Of a stretch of DNA of 64,000 bases, positions 30,291-39,563 are shown piece by piece. A model generated the notes under the pieces. The model did not search any database. It was given only the letters and a program-made list of their open reading frames with translations, and was not told the DNA's origin. Source of the DNA: Bacillota bacterium. GTDB taxonomy: Bacteria > Bacillota > Limnochordia > DTU087. Within the stretch, counting starts at the first letter, position 1, and each line of letters begins with the position of its first letter. The position numbers and the translations under genes were made by a program. Location of the stretch: NCBI GenBank assembly GCA_012798695.1, contig JAAZMR010000037.1, positions 3,150 to 67,149 on the forward strand, in the 5' to 3' direction.

Positions 30291-31043
30291 TTACTTTCTC
30301 TTTTCTACAGTTGATCTCGCTTGATCCACAAAGGCCAGTAACTCGCTGACCTCGGGAGGCCGAAGTCGCCGATATTGGCCCAGCCCCAAACCCTCTAAAT
30401 CAAGTGGCCCCATACGAAAGCGCTTCAACGAAACCACCCGATGCCCAACAGCATTACACATGCGGCGAATTTGCCGATTCCTGCCTTCATGAATTTCTAG
30501 CACCAGTAACGTGCTATGGCTCGACTTTTCCATTATTTTCACTCTGGCCGGGGCTGTCCACCCATCAGAAAGCTTCACCCCCCGGGCTAGACACCGAATA
30601 GTCCCTTCCGTAGGAAAGCCTTCAACCTCAACTAGATAGCTTTTCCGCACCTGATACCGAGGATGGGTAAAGACCAGTGTTGCATGACCATCATTAGTAA
30701 GCAAGACTAACCCCTCACTATCGTAATCCAAGCGTCCTACGGGATATATGCGTTCTTTAACTCCGGGCATGAGGTCCATTATAGTCGTACGCCCTTGGGG
30801 ATCGTGACAGGAGGAAATCACGCCAGTCGGCTTATTTAAAAGGTAATAGACTTTGACTTGAGGGGCTTTGATCAGCTTGCCATCCACGCTAATCTTATCA
30901 ATAGCCGGATCGACCTTTACCCCTAAGGTCTGAACAGTTTTCCCATTTACCTGCACCCTGCCGGCTAAGATAAGCTCTTCACTAGCTCGGCGGGAAGCAA
31001 CACCACAACGAGCCAGGACCTTCTGCAATCTTTCTCTTCCCAT
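30291..31043 (-). CDS. rluB: 23S rRNA pseudouridine synthase (RluB/RsuA family)
   Basis: S4 domain RLQKVLARCGVASRR, PVGRLDYDSEGL, EGRNRQIRRM; start ATG 31043 (SD GAGGTGA). Confidence 0.9.
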   Translation of the reverse strand: MGRERLQKVLARCGVASRRASEELILAGRVQVNGKTVQTLGVKVDPAIDKISVDGKLIKAPQVKVYYLLNKPTGVISSCHDPQGRTTIMDLMPGVKERIYPVGRLDYDSEGLVLLTNDGHATLVFTHPRYQVRKSYLVEVEGFPTEGTIRCLARGVKLSDGWTAPARVKIMEKSSHSTLLVLEIHEGRNRQIRRMCNAVGHRVVSLKRFRMGPLDLEGLGLGQYRRLRPPEVSELLAFVDQARSTVEKRK

Positions 31044-31059
31044 ACTTATCACCTCTACC

Positions 31060-32427
31060 TTAACCAAGCCCTACCTGCTCTTCTGGATAGCGATAGCGAC
31101 CACTCAAACTGGTTCTTTGCCCCAAGGCCAGTGCTAGAGTCATCGGACCAATTCTGCCACAGAACATCGTTGCCATGATGAGGAACTTACCCACAGGACT
31201 TAGGCTCAAGGTGAGTCCTGTAGATAACCCAACTGTACCAAAAGCTGATACTACCTCAAAGATAGTCGTCATAAGGCCATGTCCTTCAGTCATGAGTAAA
31301 ATCCCCGTGATCAGGAAGATCAATGCGAAAGCAAGAGTGATGATTGCCACTGCTTTGCCAAAATCTCCTGCAGGAAGGCGGCGACCGGAAAGATTGACAT
31401 CATCCTCCCCCCTGATTACGCTGCGCAAACCAGCCAGGATTACGGCAATAGTAGTGGTCTTGACGCCTCCACCGGTCGAACCTGGTGAGGCTCCCACAAA
31501 CATCAGGCCGATCAACAGAAACAATGTAGCCGGTGAGAGGGCTGCTGTAGAAATGGTGTTGAAGCCTGCAGTACGCGGAGTGACTGCTGCAAAAAAGCTA
31601 GCCAAAACCCTGCCTGCTAAGGGCAGGCTGCCTAGAGTAGCGGGGTTGTTCCATTCCAAGAGCCCGATTGCTGCCCAACCAATCATGAGTAATAACAAAG
31701 TCATTCTCAATACAGTTTTCGTATGCAAGCTAAGACGTCTCCAGGATCGTTCTTCATAGATATCGACCAGCACACCAAATCCTAACCCTCCAAAGATAAT
31801 CAGTAAGGCTACTATGAGGTTTACTGCAATATTCGTTGAATACCCCTCTAAGCTGCTGCCTGTAACATCAAACCCGGCATTGCCGAAGGCTGATACTGAA
31901 TGAAAGACTGCATAATATAGAGCTTTCTGCCAAGGCATTTCCTGCAAGAAACATATCCACAATGAAAGGGCACCCAGCCCTTCGATAGCTAGCGTAGAAA
32001 CTAGACAATAGCGTGCTAAGCGCACCATGCCTGCAATATAACCCTGGTTAAGATCTTCCCTGAGGAATAGCCGACCTCTAAGCGAAATGCGCCGACCAGT
32101 TAAAAGCGCAAAAAGGGTTGACATGGTCATAATGCCAAGGGCACCGATTTGAATCAGCACCATTACGGTGACTTGACCCATCCGGGACAGTTCGTGCCCA
32201 GTGTTCACTACGGTCAGACCCGTTACACATACAGCCGATGTTGATGTAAATAGGGCATCCAAATACCCCATGCTTGCCCTTTTCACAGTAGCCGTGGGAA
32301 GAGCAAGTAGTAGAGCTCCGAAAAAAATAACCCCCAAGTATCCCAAGACCAAGAACTGGGCTGGAGATAGCTGGGGCCCCAACGATCTTCTCACCGGAAA
32401 GGGCGCGTTCCTCACTTTGGACAGCAT
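31060..32427 (-). CDS. Trk/Ktr K+ transporter membrane subunit (KtrB/TrkH family)
   Basis: SAVCVTGL, SAFGNAGF, TPRTAGFN, GSTGGGVKTTT, SAFGTVGLS selectivity-filter motifs. Confidence 0.93.
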   Translation of the reverse strand: MLSKVRNAPFPVRRSLGPQLSPAQFLVLGYLGVIFFGALLLALPTATVKRASMGYLDALFTSTSAVCVTGLTVVNTGHELSRMGQVTVMVLIQIGALGIMTMSTLFALLTGRRISLRGRLFLREDLNQGYIAGMVRLARYCLVSTLAIEGLGALSLWICFLQEMPWQKALYYAVFHSVSAFGNAGFDVTGSSLEGYSTNIAVNLIVALLIIFGGLGFGVLVDIYEERSWRRLSLHTKTVLRMTLLLLMIGWAAIGLLEWNNPATLGSLPLAGRVLASFFAAVTPRTAGFNTISTAALSPATLFLLIGLMFVGASPGSTGGGVKTTTIAVILAGLRSVIRGEDDVNLSGRRLPAGDFGKAVAIITLAFALIFLITGILLMTEGHGLMTTIFEVVSAFGTVGLSTGLTLSLSPVGKFLIMATMFCGRIGPMTLALALGQRTSLSGRYRYPEEQVGLG

Positions 32428-32491
32428 GCACCTAAGGCCTTCCTTCTAACTAAAGGTCACAGGGTCTAGCACAGATCTCCTGTTTGCGCCA

Positions 32492-32521
32492 AGTATACTA
32501 CACCAGAGATGACAGTGTCAA
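32492..32521 (-). promoter_or_regulatory. sigmaA promoter of ktrB-rluB
   Basis: TTGACA-N18-TATACT. Confidence 0.65.
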
Positions 32522-32608
32522 ACGCTTGACAGACCTAGACAAGAACCTGGAACCCTGATGGATTGCCAATGAAGCAATGAAGCTATGCCTCAGAAATGAC
32601 TGCGTTTT

Positions 32609-33766
32609 CTAATGATTTGCCAGCAGATTCTGCAGACGCCTGACCAGATATTGCAGTCGGCCCATCCAGCTGCGGACTGCAATGCTCTCTCCTGCCAATA
32701 GTGGAGTTTCAGCCACGACTTGGTGGTCAAACTGCACACGTAGATTGCCCAAGGGCGACCACTGCATTACCGGCGCACCAATTATTGTGGGGACCGCATA
32801 ATCTACTTGTATGGCATCTCGCTGCTGTTTGGGAACTGTCAGCCACACATCTCGGGCTCCCACTACGGTAACAGTATCACTTAATCCTCCTTCTATATGA
32901 ACGGACCCGAGGATCTGCCCTTTTTTGGCTAACATCATGTTCTCAAACTCTTCCAGGCCATAGGTCAATAGAGCCGCTGCATCTTCCCATAACCTGGGGG
33001 CATCGAGAACTATGACAATTACTTGCCTCCCATGCCGGGTGGCGGATGCTGCCAGGCACCTACCAGCCGCCAGAGTATAGCCCGTTTTCACACCATCGGC
33101 ACCTTCGAACTCCCATAGCAACCTATTCTTGTTGTAAATAGGCCGATGTGCGGCTTCCAAAGGATCAGGGATGACTGCTTTGTTGGATGCAACCAGAGAG
33201 GCAAACTCAGAAATGTCTAGTGCATGGCGGGTTAACACAGCCATATCATAGGCCGTAGAATAGTGTTCTGTATCAGGTAGACCGTGCGGGTTGGTGAAGC
33301 TCGTAAGTGATGCGCCCAATAGAACAGCCTTCTTGTTCATGAAAGCTACGAACTGATCTACACTTCCACAACTGTGCTCCGCCAAAGCTACCGCAGCATC
33401 ATTGCCAGACAGCAACATCAGGCCATGGAGCAAATCTCGGACACGATAGTCAACGCCCATACGCAGATACATCGAAGAACCAGGTGTGCGGGCTGCCTCG
33501 CGACTGATAGCCACAGACTCATCTAAATCATTCAGCTCCAGAACCAATATCGCAGTCATGATCTTGGTGAGACTAGCAATCGGTCGCTGCCAATCGGGGT
33601 TCTTGGCCCAAAGCACCTGCCCCGTCTGCTGATCCATGACTATGGCAGCACTAGCAGATATGTTCAAATTCCCGGCAGCTTCTGCTGTAACGGAGAAACA
33701 GCAACCTATGATCACGATAGCGAGAAACCATTTACTTTTACTACAGCCTAGCCATTCAAAACTCAT
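32609..33766 (-). CDS. dacB: D-alanyl-D-alanine carboxypeptidase (S11; DacB/DacF type)
   Basis: ASLTK (SxxK), SGN, NPHGL, KTG motifs, signal peptide; located after ytfJ. Confidence 0.85.
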   Translation of the reverse strand: MSFEWLGCSKSKWFLAIVIIGCCFSVTAEAAGNLNISASAAIVMDQQTGQVLWAKNPDWQRPIASLTKIMTAILVLELNDLDESVAISREAARTPGSSMYLRMGVDYRVRDLLHGLMLLSGNDAAVALAEHSCGSVDQFVAFMNKKAVLLGASLTSFTNPHGLPDTEHYSTAYDMAVLTRHALDISEFASLVASNKAVIPDPLEAAHRPIYNKNRLLWEFEGADGVKTGYTLAAGRCLAASATRHGRQVIVIVLDAPRLWEDAAALLTYGLEEFENMMLAKKGQILGSVHIEGGLSDTVTVVGARDVWLTVPKQQRDAIQVDYAVPTIIGAPVMQWSPLGNLRVQFDHQVVAETPLLAGESIAVRSWMGRLQYLVRRLQNLLANH

Positions 33767-33802
33767 CTTCTCATCTTTCCCAATTTCCCCAGCTGCGGTT
33801 AC

Positions 33803-34261
33803 TCATAAAGGATCATTACGGCCCCCGCCATCATATACCCAAGCTGGTTTTTCAGTGGGCTGTTTGCGACTCCACATTCCCTGCACCTGTTCTACCAACT
33901 TAGGAGCCAAATCAAGAAGACGATCATACACCACGTTGCTATCAACCGGCATCAAGCGGATTTCGTCCTGACGCACTACCAGAAAAGCGACAGGATTGAT
34001 AGACATACCGGCTCCACTACCACCACCAAAGGGACGAGCAGCAGATGATATTACATCCTTGGCCTTCTCATTTGAAAGAGGCTGTTCAGTGCCCCCTGCG
34101 GCAAAACCAAAGGAAACCCTAGACACGGGCAAGATCACTGCCCCATCCGGCGTCTCCACTGGATCACCTAGGATGGTATTGACGTCGATCATTTCCTTAA
34201 GACTCTCCATGACGGTATTCATCAAACCCTCGATCGGATGACTAGATCCATTGGTCAACAC
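33803..34261 (-). CDS. ytfJ: Sporulation protein YtfJ/GerW family
   Basis: MIDVNTILGDPV, PVSRVSFGFAAGG, FGGGSGAG...PVAFLVV; start moved to ~34261 (SD AGGAG). Confidence 0.92.
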   Translation of the reverse strand: MLTNGSSHPIEGLMNTVMESLKEMIDVNTILGDPVETPDGAVILPVSRVSFGFAAGGTEQPLSNEKAKDVISSAARPFGGGSGAGMSINPVAFLVVRQDEIRLMPVDSNVVYDRLLDLAPKLVEQVQGMWSRKQPTEKPAWVYDGGGRNDPL

Positions 34262-34274
34262 CGGCTCACTCCTT

Positions 34275-35027
34275 TTACTGAACTTGTGGGCTTCTCCAAA
34301 AAGCAACTTTCCTGATTCCAACCCGCAACAGATTCATAGCACCCGTGATGATAATATGACCGGCATTGACCCTTAATATGCAGTCAAGAACTATATCTAC
34401 CTGCCGTTGACTGTAGTTGGGTATGACCTGCCAGTGCAGCTGATTGGATTCGATATGGACTCTTTGCTGAAACCAAGATAAGCCTACTGCTTTCAAGCCA
34501 CTGAGAGTGCCGACTGCTATGGCCGTCGCCGCGGCATCACCCAACCCGATTCTGGTATACCAATGCAACACTTCGCAATGACGGGTAAAGGGGTATACAC
34601 TAGCTGCCAGGTAGCCCAATACTGGCTGACCCAAAGGCATGTGATGTCTATTTGGCAGCTTACCATAGGCAAACATATACATAGTGTCCAGAACCACGCG
34701 ATAGCGAGAACTCACTTTGTGGATAGTCTCGATGTTGTCCATCAGTTGCCGCCACCCAACCATCTGCTCAACCTGATCTGCCTGGACATCATCCCCCTGT
34801 TTAGTCCTCCCTAACCTCTCTGACCTATCATCTGAAGGAATATCTACCGATGACAATATCGGTACTCTCAGTTTTGCCAAACGGGTACCCAGCCAGATGA
34901 CTTGCAGATGCAAATCATCATCACCGTGCAGCAGGCGGTAGCTCAGCACTAACCGAAAGGGTACGAACAGAATGATGCCTATAAGAATAGCAAAAGCCAA
35001 ACCGATATGGAGGTACATAAGCCTCAC
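34275..35027 (-). CDS. DUF2953 / YtfI-like protein
   Basis: N-terminal TM, GLGDAAATAIAVG motif, directly upstream of ytfJ. Confidence 0.75.
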   Translation of the reverse strand: MRLMYLHIGLAFAILIGIILFVPFRLVLSYRLLHGDDDLHLQVIWLGTRLAKLRVPILSSVDIPSDDRSERLGRTKQGDDVQADQVEQMVGWRQLMDNIETIHKVSSRYRVVLDTMYMFAYGKLPNRHHMPLGQPVLGYLAASVYPFTRHCEVLHWYTRIGLGDAAATAIAVGTLSGLKAVGLSWFQQRVHIESNQLHWQVIPNYSQRQVDIVLDCILRVNAGHIIITGAMNLLRVGIRKVAFWRSPQVQ

Positions 35028-35060
35028 CCGGTTTAGCTTGTCTCAATTTGTGGAAATCTA

Positions 35061-35582
35061 CTACCTGGCAGGCATGCTGGGCAATGGAGGCAGGTCTGAT
35101 AAGTCAGCCAACCCAAAACACTCCAAGAAGCGCTGAGTCGTACCCAGCAAGATAGGCCGACCCGGTGCATCCTGCCGACCCTTTTCTTCGATCAGCTCTC
35201 TCTCCAATAGTGTATTTACCGATGAATCGGACCTAACCCCTCGAATATCCTCAATCTCTACCTTTGTGACTGGTTGTCGATATGCCACGATGGCCAGTGT
35301 CTCCAAAGCGGCTTGAGACAAACCACTACTTACCTTTGGTCGCTGAAAGGCCTCTAGATATGGTGCAAATGCAGCCTTAGTCATGAACTGATAACCACCA
35401 GCCACAAAACAGAGCCGAATACCTCGGCGGGGTTCTTGATACTCCCGATCAAGCTCAGCCAAAAGGAGTTCAGTTTGCCGCTCAGTCCGGCCCACTGCTT
35501 CTGCCAGATCCTCGAGTGGGATCGGACTGGCGGCCGCGAAAATGATGGCTTCTAGGATCGCTTTGGCCTTCACTGAAGACAT
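35061..35582 (-). CDS. scpB: SMC-Scp subunit ScpB
   Basis: EAIIFAA, GGYQFMT, LSQAALETLAIVAYRQPVT, PGRPILLGTT. Confidence 0.96.
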   Translation of the reverse strand: MSSVKAKAILEAIIFAAASPIPLEDLAEAVGRTERQTELLLAELDREYQEPRRGIRLCFVAGGYQFMTKAAFAPYLEAFQRPKVSSGLSQAALETLAIVAYRQPVTKVEIEDIRGVRSDSSVNTLLERELIEEKGRQDAPGRPILLGTTQRFLECFGLADLSDLPPLPSMPAR

Positions 35583-36318
35583 AGCCTGACTCCTTTACAG
35601 TTCTGATAGCAATGGGCTCACCGATATCGTCTTGATAAACCACAATAGCTCCTTGGCGTACCAATTCTAGTACTGCCAAAAAGGTATAGACTATGTCGGT
35701 CTTGGTGGGCTCCATTCCCAATAGATCATCAAAGAACACTCGGGATCGCTTTTGTACCAAAAGTGCTACTTCCCCGATTCTTACACCTAGATCGATTTTC
35801 CGCCTCTTGATCTGTTGGACTTCCTCTCGGGCTCTCCAACTGATCAGAACATTAGACAACGCAACTGCCAAGTCCTGCACTGTGGCATCGCCGGTAGGGT
35901 TCGTGAACACAGTAGGCCCTGCCTGGCCCAGACTTGAAAACGGCCGGGGCAAGACCCGCTGTCGTTCTTGTGCAATCTCCCCTAGATTCCTAGCTGCTTC
36001 CCGAAATTCTCTATAGATCAGAAGCCGGCGAACCAACTCATCCCGGCTGTATGTAGTATCCTGTTCGTCTGTCTCATTCTCCACCCTGATCTCGGGCAAT
36101 AACGCCTCTGCTTTGATCTGCAGCAGCGTTGCTGCCATAACCAAAAAGTCACCAGCCACCTCGAGGTCATGCTCCTGCATGGTGGCTAGATACTCTAGAT
36201 ATTGTTGAGTTATCCGGGAGATTTCAATATCACGAATATCCAGTTCTTCCTGTTCCAAAAGATGAAGCAACAGCTCCAAAGGACCTTCGAAGACGTCCAA
36301 CTGCACTCGATAGTTCAT
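35482..36318 (-). CDS. scpA: SMC-Scp subunit ScpA
   Basis: FEGPLELLLHL, ITQQYLEY, FLVMAATLLQIKA, TFLAVLEL. Confidence 0.95.
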   Translation of the reverse strand: MNYRVQLDVFEGPLELLLHLLEQEELDIRDIEISRITQQYLEYLATMQEHDLEVAGDFLVMAATLLQIKAEALLPEIRVENETDEQDTTYSRDELVRRLLIYREFREAARNLGEIAQERQRVLPRPFSSLGQAGPTVFTNPTGDATVQDLAVALSNVLISWRAREEVQQIKRRKIDLGVRIGEVALLVQKRSRVFFDDLLGMEPTKTDIVYTFLAVLELVRQGAIVVYQDDIGEPIAIRTVKESGYVFSEGQSDPRSHHFRGRQSDPTRGSGRSSGPD

Positions 36319-36417
36319 GGATGCTGACCTCCGGTGTGACGGCTTTAGCTAGTGGTACCCGCCAGAAGTGATAGCTATACCCGTAAAGTACCTCCCATCG
36401 TCAGCTGCCATGGTTCA

Positions 36418-37032
36418 TCAAAAACGTGGGAAAATAGAGATAAGGCGACCCAGAAAGGAGACAATCGGTGACATGAGCCGACTAGCAAGACCGGTAAAAA
36501 GCAGCACCAGCAAAACGACCGGGCCATAGGTTTCCAGGCGCTGAAATCTCGTCTCATAGCGCGCCGGCAGCAATCCGGCCACAATCTTGGAGCCATCCAG
36601 TGGAGGTATGGGAATAAGATTGAAGGCAGCCAAACCCAAGTTAATCGCTATATTCAATAGGATAAACTGGTGCAAAACCAAACCAATTCGCAAGGAAAAA
36701 AGCGATGGCAGTATGCGAAGCAATATACGGAAAACCCAGGCACTAATTACGTTTGCCAAAGGGCCAGCCAAGCCTACCATCATCATCCCTCGCCGTCGAT
36801 CTTTGAAATAGAGGGGATTGACCATTACTGGTTTGGCCCAGCCGAAACGAAAAAGCACCAACATGAGTGCACCCAATGGATCAAGATGAGCCAGAGGATT
36901 TAGGGTCAGTCTCCCCTGGTACTTAGCTGTTGGATCCCCTAAGCGATAGGCCATCATCCCGTGAGAAAATTCGTGTACGGATACGGCAAAGAGTATGGCT
37001 GGCACCATCAAGATTACCTGTTGGATACTCAA
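36418..37032 (-). CDS. Site-2 protease (M50) family membrane metalloprotease
   Basis: HEFSH, GRLTLNPLAHLDP, AGPLAN, FNLIPIPPLDG; start uncertain. Confidence 0.92.
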   Translation of the reverse strand: MSIQQVILMVPAILFAVSVHEFSHGMMAYRLGDPTAKYQGRLTLNPLAHLDPLGALMLVLFRFGWAKPVMVNPLYFKDRRRGMMMVGLAGPLANVISAWVFRILLRILPSLFSLRIGLVLHQFILLNIAINLGLAAFNLIPIPPLDGSKIVAGLLPARYETRFQRLETYGPVVLLVLLFTGLASRLMSPIVSFLGRLISIFPRF

Positions 37033-37092
37033 ATAGCATCTACTCCTCCCTGACCCCCGATGCAAATACTCGCAAATCACCTATGAGAGAGA

Positions 37093-38439
37093 CTATATGA
37101 GTTTCCCTGCCACGGCTTCCTGAGAAGCTGTCAACCGGGGAGGTACACGATCCAAGCGTACCAAATCCGCATAGGTCTCTCGTTCCACAATGATCTCACT
37201 CTTGCCTTCGTAGACTGTAACCACAGCTGGTCTAGGCAAATGATTGTAGTTGCTGGCCATAGAATAATTATACGCCCCTGTGGAAAAAACCGCCAATATA
37301 TCACCGGGTTCCACCGGAGGCAACATGATATCCTTGATCAACATGTCCCCGGATTCGCAACACTTACCAGCTATCGTAACCAACTCGGTTGCCGCTTCTG
37401 CGGCTTTGCTGGCTAAGCAGGCCTCATAGATAGCCTGATACAGTGTGACCCGGGGATTGTCTGCCATACCACCATCAACAGCCACATAACGCCTAATATT
37501 GGCAATATCTTTGATGGACCCAACTGTATAAAGGGTGGTTCCTGCCTCCCCCACAATAGACCGGCCGGGTTCCACCATAATCTTCGGCATTGGAACATCG
37601 TGCTTGATACAACTTGCAGTGATTGCCTGACCAAGCACCCTTGCATACTCTCGAAGGCTGGGGGGCTCATCACCTTTATGATAACGAATACCCAGACCAC
37701 CACCTAAATCAAGTTCACCTAACTCGATGCCAAGGCATTCATTGATCTCAACCAAGAACCTGATCATGATCTCGGCAGCCGCGGCAAACGACTCTAGACC
37801 AAAGATCTGGGAACCTATGTGGCAATGTAGACCCCAAAGACGCACATTGGGCATCTGATTGGCAGCTTCAATCGCATCTAGAGTTTCCGGCATACCCATT
37901 GGAAAACCAAACTTGGAATCAAATTGACCGGTCTGAATATAAGAATGCGTATGAGCTTCTACACCAGGAGTGATCCGAATGAGGATGTTGGCGATAGTCT
38001 CTTGGAAGGCAGCTAGTTCCTGGAGCAACTGCAGCTCATACAGATTATCAACTACGATACGTCCTATATCATGCTTCAGGGCTAGCTCTAGTTCTTGCGT
38101 AGACTTATTATTGCCATGGAAGTAGATCTTGTCAGTTGGAAAACCAGCAGCTAGAGCAGTATACAGTTCGCCACCCGAAACTACATCCAAGGCCATATCC
38201 TGTTCGTCCATAATTCGGCAAATGGCCTTATTCAGCAGTGCCTTGCCGGCGTAAATCACTTCACTGCCCGGCAACTGTTGAGTAAAGGCCTGGCGGTACT
38301 CACGGGCTTTCTGTCGTACTGCTGCTTCGTCCAGAATATAAAGGGGTGTTCCATAGTGATGGGCAAGCTCTACTGTATCGCAACCGCCGATGACGAGATG
38401 CCCCTTTGCATTGATGCTCATGGTTCCGCGTAAGAACAT
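37093..38439 (-). CDS. lysA: Diaminopimelate decarboxylase
   Basis: YAGKA (PLP Lys), DVVSGGE, HGNNKS, HCHIGSQ, EPGRSI, CESGD, TGAYNYSM. Confidence 0.96.
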   Translation of the reverse strand: MFLRGTMSINAKGHLVIGGCDTVELAHHYGTPLYILDEAAVRQKAREYRQAFTQQLPGSEVIYAGKALLNKAICRIMDEQDMALDVVSGGELYTALAAGFPTDKIYFHGNNKSTQELELALKHDIGRIVVDNLYELQLLQELAAFQETIANILIRITPGVEAHTHSYIQTGQFDSKFGFPMGMPETLDAIEAANQMPNVRLWGLHCHIGSQIFGLESFAAAAEIMIRFLVEINECLGIELGELDLGGGLGIRYHKGDEPPSLREYARVLGQAITASCIKHDVPMPKIMVEPGRSIVGEAGTTLYTVGSIKDIANIRRYVAVDGGMADNPRVTLYQAIYEACLASKAAEAATELVTIAGKCCESGDMLIKDIMLPPVEPGDILAVFSTGAYNYSMASNYNHLPRPAVVTVYEGKSEIIVERETYADLVRLDRVPPRLTASQEAVAGKLI

Positions 38440-38484
38440 CCTACAGCCCCCTCATTCTCCCAAGTGTGGCAGCAATTATTTCTA

Positions 38485-38513
38485 ATGATAACACAGTCAC
38501 TGCCACCGGTCAA
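38485..38513 (-). promoter_or_regulatory. sigmaA promoter of lysA
   Basis: TTGACC-N17-TATCAT with extended TG. Confidence 0.6.
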
Positions 38514-38537
38514 TTAGAGCCTGAAGTGTCTTCAGCC

Positions 38538-39536
38538 CTATGAAGCGCTATGTGGATGCATGCTACCGGCCTCTCTAGTATCCCAGCGTCCACAGCGGGA
38601 ACCCCAACGAGCAACGATTTCATTATCCATATGGATGTTTACGATTTCACAATGATTGGCACAAGCAAGGCACTCAAAACTGCCCACAGTATAATTAGCT
38701 TCACTAATGGCGAAGCCCCGGAAGTTGGTCGCCTGCCCACTGCGTTCGTTCTGGTCCTTAGCCAACAAGGCTGCCCCCAAAGCCCCCATCACATCATAGG
38801 CCGGTGGTATTACCACAGAACAACCGAGTTCATCTTCCAGCGCCTTTCGCATACCACGATTGGCGGCCACTCCTCCTTGAAAAAACACTATAGGGCGAAT
38901 GTCTTTCCCTTTCCCTACATTGTTCAGATAATTGCGGACCATGGCAACACAGAGGCCCGCGAGAATATCTGAAACGTCATGCCCCATCTGCTGCTTGTGT
39001 ATCATATCTGATTCCGCGAATACTGTACAACGGCCGGCAATCCGGACGGGGTTTTGGGCTCTCAGGGCGATCTCACCAAATTCGGCAATAGGAATTCCCA
39101 ACCTAGCTGCCTGCTGATCTAGGAACGAACCCGTACCGGCCGCGCACACGGTATTCATGGCAAAATCTGTAACCACGCCTTCCCGCAAGACAATGATTTT
39201 GGAGTCTTGGCCTCCAATTTCGATGACAGTTTGAACATCTGGACAAAAGTGTGTAGCTGCTACTGCGTGGGTAGTAATCTCGTTCTTGACAATATCTGCA
39301 CCCACGACGGCTGCCGCTAGGTGGCGGCCACTACCAGTGGTGCCCACCGCGCTTACTTGAATATCCGGCAGGACCCGCTTGATGGCCGCCACCCCCGCCT
39401 GTACAGCCGGGATGGGCCGTCCCTGAGTGCGTAAGTACTCCTTGCAATAGATTTCACCATCAGCATCAGTCACAATTAGATTCGTACTCACTGATCCGAC
39501 ATCGATACCTAAGAAGAATTCACCATGCTTTGGCAA
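38538..39536 (-). CDS. Acyl-CoA dehydratase activase (HgdC/BadF-family ATPase, [4Fe-4S])
   Basis: GIDVGSVST, TTGSGR, EIGGQDSK, MNTVCAAGTGSFLD, RCTVFAESD; extra C-terminal CxxCxNxC motif. Confidence 0.9.
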   Translation of the reverse strand: MPKHGEFFLGIDVGSVSTNLIVTDADGEIYCKEYLRTQGRPIPAVQAGVAAIKRVLPDIQVSAVGTTGSGRHLAAAVVGADIVKNEITTHAVAATHFCPDVQTVIEIGGQDSKIIVLREGVVTDFAMNTVCAAGTGSFLDQQAARLGIPIAEFGEIALRAQNPVRIAGRCTVFAESDMIHKQQMGHDVSDILAGLCVAMVRNYLNNVGKGKDIRPIVFFQGGVAANRGMRKALEDELGCSVVIPPAYDVMGALGAALLAKDQNERSGQATNFRGFAISEANYTVGSFECLACANHCEIVNIHMDNEIVARWGSRCGRWDTREAGSMHPHSAS

Positions 39537-39563
39537 TCTTTGACCCCTCTTCCCAGCTGCTCT

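Noticed and set aside
35482-35582. 101-nt scpA/scpB overlap as a frameshift
   Set aside because: Both proteins are complete; ScpA merely has a non-conserved read-on tail, which is common at this junction.
38440-38537. Lysine riboswitch upstream of lysA
   Set aside because: The region is too short and lacks the L-box motifs; only a promoter and a GTGGCAG/CTGCCAC inverted repeat are present.
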